Part shown: one piece after another, positions 61,579-64,000 of the stretch | Numbering within the stretch: position 1 is the first letter of the stretch | How the letters are laid out: each line of letters starts with the position of its first letter | From: Utricularia gibba | Lineage: Eukaryota > Plantae > Magnoliophyta | Assembly: GCA_002189035.1 (NCBI GenBank) | Contig: CM007992.1 | Location: 2,728,001-2,792,000 of the forward strand | Length of the DNA: 64,000 nucleotides | Reading direction: 5' to 3' | Notes under the pieces: model-generated | Told to the model about the DNA's origin: nothing | Database searches by the model: none | Seen by the model: the letters and a program-made list of their open reading frames with translations, nothing else | Made by a program: the position numbers and the translations under genes

Positions 61579-63968
61579 TCATTCTTTGATGATGGTTTGT
61601 GGCGTCCACTTGAGATGCAAGTTCAAGATTGCAGATTCCGTTCCATCCACCCGAAAAACGTCGGTGAATTCTCCCTCCAGTATCGCCCGAGTTAGCGTCA
61701 TCGTGCAGCGCCCCATCTTGTCCTGGTTCCGGCACCATCTCTCCCAGTCAGTCTCACGGCATCATTTTCTTAAACAGAAGGTCTTTCTTTACAGGTTACC
61801 TGTCCGAAGGTGTCGTGGTCGAAGACATCCATGATCAGCAGCTCATGCAGCCCATCCTCCACTACGAAGTCAAACGTCTGATTCCACACAGGGTTCAGCG
61901 TGTCGTTCAGTACCTGCGTGGACACAGTTTTTGATCGATCGACTTTCAGAGGCATCTAGTGAGGATTCTGAGGAGTACCCTTGTCTTGTGCTTCTGCTCC
62001 GACTTCTTCATCAGCAGAACTACAAACGGGTCGGATTTACCCATAACATCAACGCTGGGTAACCCTTCCGCTGATATAACGTTCACAGAGAGAACCCCTC
62101 TGATTATGGCGTCCTTCTTCATTCTTGAACCGCATTTGCTGGTGTGTTTTAGCGTTTTCTCCAATGTCGTTAGTCTGAAGTCAGGATCAAATGGGTTCAT
62201 CAACAGGCTCTCAGTGCCGTGAGGGAAGTACAAGAGCTCTAAGTGAACCTACACCATTAGAGATTCACATGTGATCCAGCATACAAATGCGCATCGGAAT
62301 TTGAATGGTATGGGTTGACATCATACCCTTTTTTTCTAACAGTATAAGGTTCTAAGTTGAAGTGTGTAACCTGACCACGGTTCCTGGTGTCGCGCTGGAT
62401 GTCCAAATCCTTGACAAGCTTTAACCACACATCCTTAACTTTACCATGCTCGAGTTCACACAACGGTATCTGGGCGCAGCCGATTAGTTCAGCGGCCTGA
62501 ATGCCTTCATCGTCATATATCTTGATAGTCAAGCGTTGGGTGGATGCATCCTCCACTTCGAACTCGTAGTGCTCGTTCCATATTGGGTTTATTTGATTGT
62601 CCTAAAAACGATGAGCTGTTAGAAGCTCTACTGTGCTGAAAAAAAGAAGAAGAATGCGTACGATGGTTTTACTAGTCTTCATCCTGGCCGGCAGCGGACG
62701 CACATAGAGCTTCGCGAAGGGATCGGATTTGCCTATCAGATCTTTGTTTGTGAGCTCCTTTGCTTCTATTAGCTTCACCTCCAGAGTCCCTTCGACCTTC
62801 ATCTCCAAGTAACTGCATCATTATAAAAGCTCCAAAGTTGACAATAGAAGAACACACATGTTTTACTACAAGTTCAAGATCAAATATATGAAATAAACCT
62901 ATAATCTCCTGGGATGATGGGAATGACCGTACGCGCAGGCCACGTGATGGAGTCCTCAATGGCATCATGTATCGTTTCCTGTTTGAGCCGCCATTTCAAT
63001 GGTCATTGAGAAGATAAGATAAGGTGTAGCATACCTCAAGAGCATTTGATATTCCTGGAATTGATGAGATGTCACCACCCACCACCTTGAGGGTGAAACC
63101 AAATTTTCTCTGAGTTTAGGAGAGCATTTGAGAAGTTAGAGATTTTCGAGACCATGAGTTCAAATAGAGTGCTGCATTGCATGTTTTAGAAATTTAGGAT
63201 CGAATGCAAGTGCAAAAATGAACACTTCTAAACCGATTACTGCTAACCAACAAAATGTTTAGGTTTAGATATTGGATGACATGAGTGAATGCAACTTGCC
63301 TTTTCCTTCAGGGAAAAACAAATAGCTCCAAAACATGGGATCTCATTAACCAGTGGCTTCAAAATTACTCTAAAAACTCCAGTGAAACCGATGTTCTTCA
63401 CCTGAAGCACATCATAATTCAACCTTTTTACTCCATATGACAGAGTGGCTGTCACATATGCGAGGCGATCGCTTACCTGAATAGGAAGTGACACACCGAC
63501 TCTGGTCTTAATATCCAAAACGATCTTGGTATTTCCATCCCACTGCATGTCTAGTTCCATTATTATCTCTTTCGGATCGCTTTCAAGAACGCAAACTCCT
63601 GGTCCAAGCCAAAATATACGCTCTAAATACCAATCCGTTCAATTACGAGGGCCAAGTCTTAATAAAAAAAGAACATGCAAATAGGAGGATACAAAGACAA
63701 CCTGTGAACTGAGGTGCCACCGTACCCAAAGTCAAGGTGGAGAATTTCAAAGAATCCAAAATTGCTGGTTTGTATTGCGCCAGGATTGGCTCTACGGACT
63801 CTCTTATCAACTGGGACGCTGCCTATGAAACCCCGAATACAAGTTCCAAACTTGCCGATAAACATCCGTGCATTTTGCAGTTGTTTCGGGTGAAGAAATA
63901 TCATACTAGGAACCTACCTCATCCACGTAAGGCCATATTTTGTCCAAGTGATGGTTTAGCCAATGCAA
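61579..63968 (-). CDS. Synaptotagmin SYT4/SYT5-like (SMP + 2 C2 domains), 5' end outside the window
   Basis: Exons 63968-63918, 63822-63702, 63598-63477, 63401-63300, 63109-63035, 62978-62899, 62812-62662, 62601-62371, 62248-61979, 61913-61800, 61722-61579. WLNHHLDKIWPYVDE, TLGTVAPQFTG, MELDMQWDGN, DLIGKSDPFAKL, LNPVWNQTFDFVVEDG, LNLHLKW. Confidence 0.94.
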
Positions 63969-64000
63969 CTGAAATGACACAAGAAAATATACACATGTCG

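Noticed and set aside
61301-61834. 177-aa plus-strand and 112-aa minus-strand ORFs at the SYT 3' end
   Set aside because: Antisense or off-frame shadows of the last SYT exons; the true frame is DKMGRCTMTLTRAI...KE*.

Overview
Flowering-plant nuclear genomic DNA (AT-rich intergenic, spliced genes, dense transposon debris). Six host genes were reconstructed by hand from splice sites and reading frames: an exostosin/GT47 glycosyltransferase (+), a SHINE/WIN1-clade AP2/ERF with an unusual second intron (-), an RWD-RBR (RNF14-like) E3 ligase (-), membrane-anchored MYB (-), a 30-coding-exon PICKLE/CHD3 remodeler (-) and a 5'-truncated synaptotagmin SYT4/5-like gene (-). Between them lie decayed, often nested elements, many with readable TSDs: three hAT elements (one holding an Athila-like solo LTR, one holding a hairpin minisatellite), two Copia remnants, a chromoviral Gypsy inside one Copia, an 8.3-kb Mutator element with convergent MuDR-transposase and Plant Mobile Domain genes interrupted by a deleted Athila, two Harbinger-type Myb/SANT copies, and a long-TIR element upstream of PKL. 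I see no demonstrably new system. The best leads are the MULE+PMD two-gene element and the three-exon SHN gene with a read-through intron. All alignments and identities are by eye, and family names come from recalled motifs, not searches.
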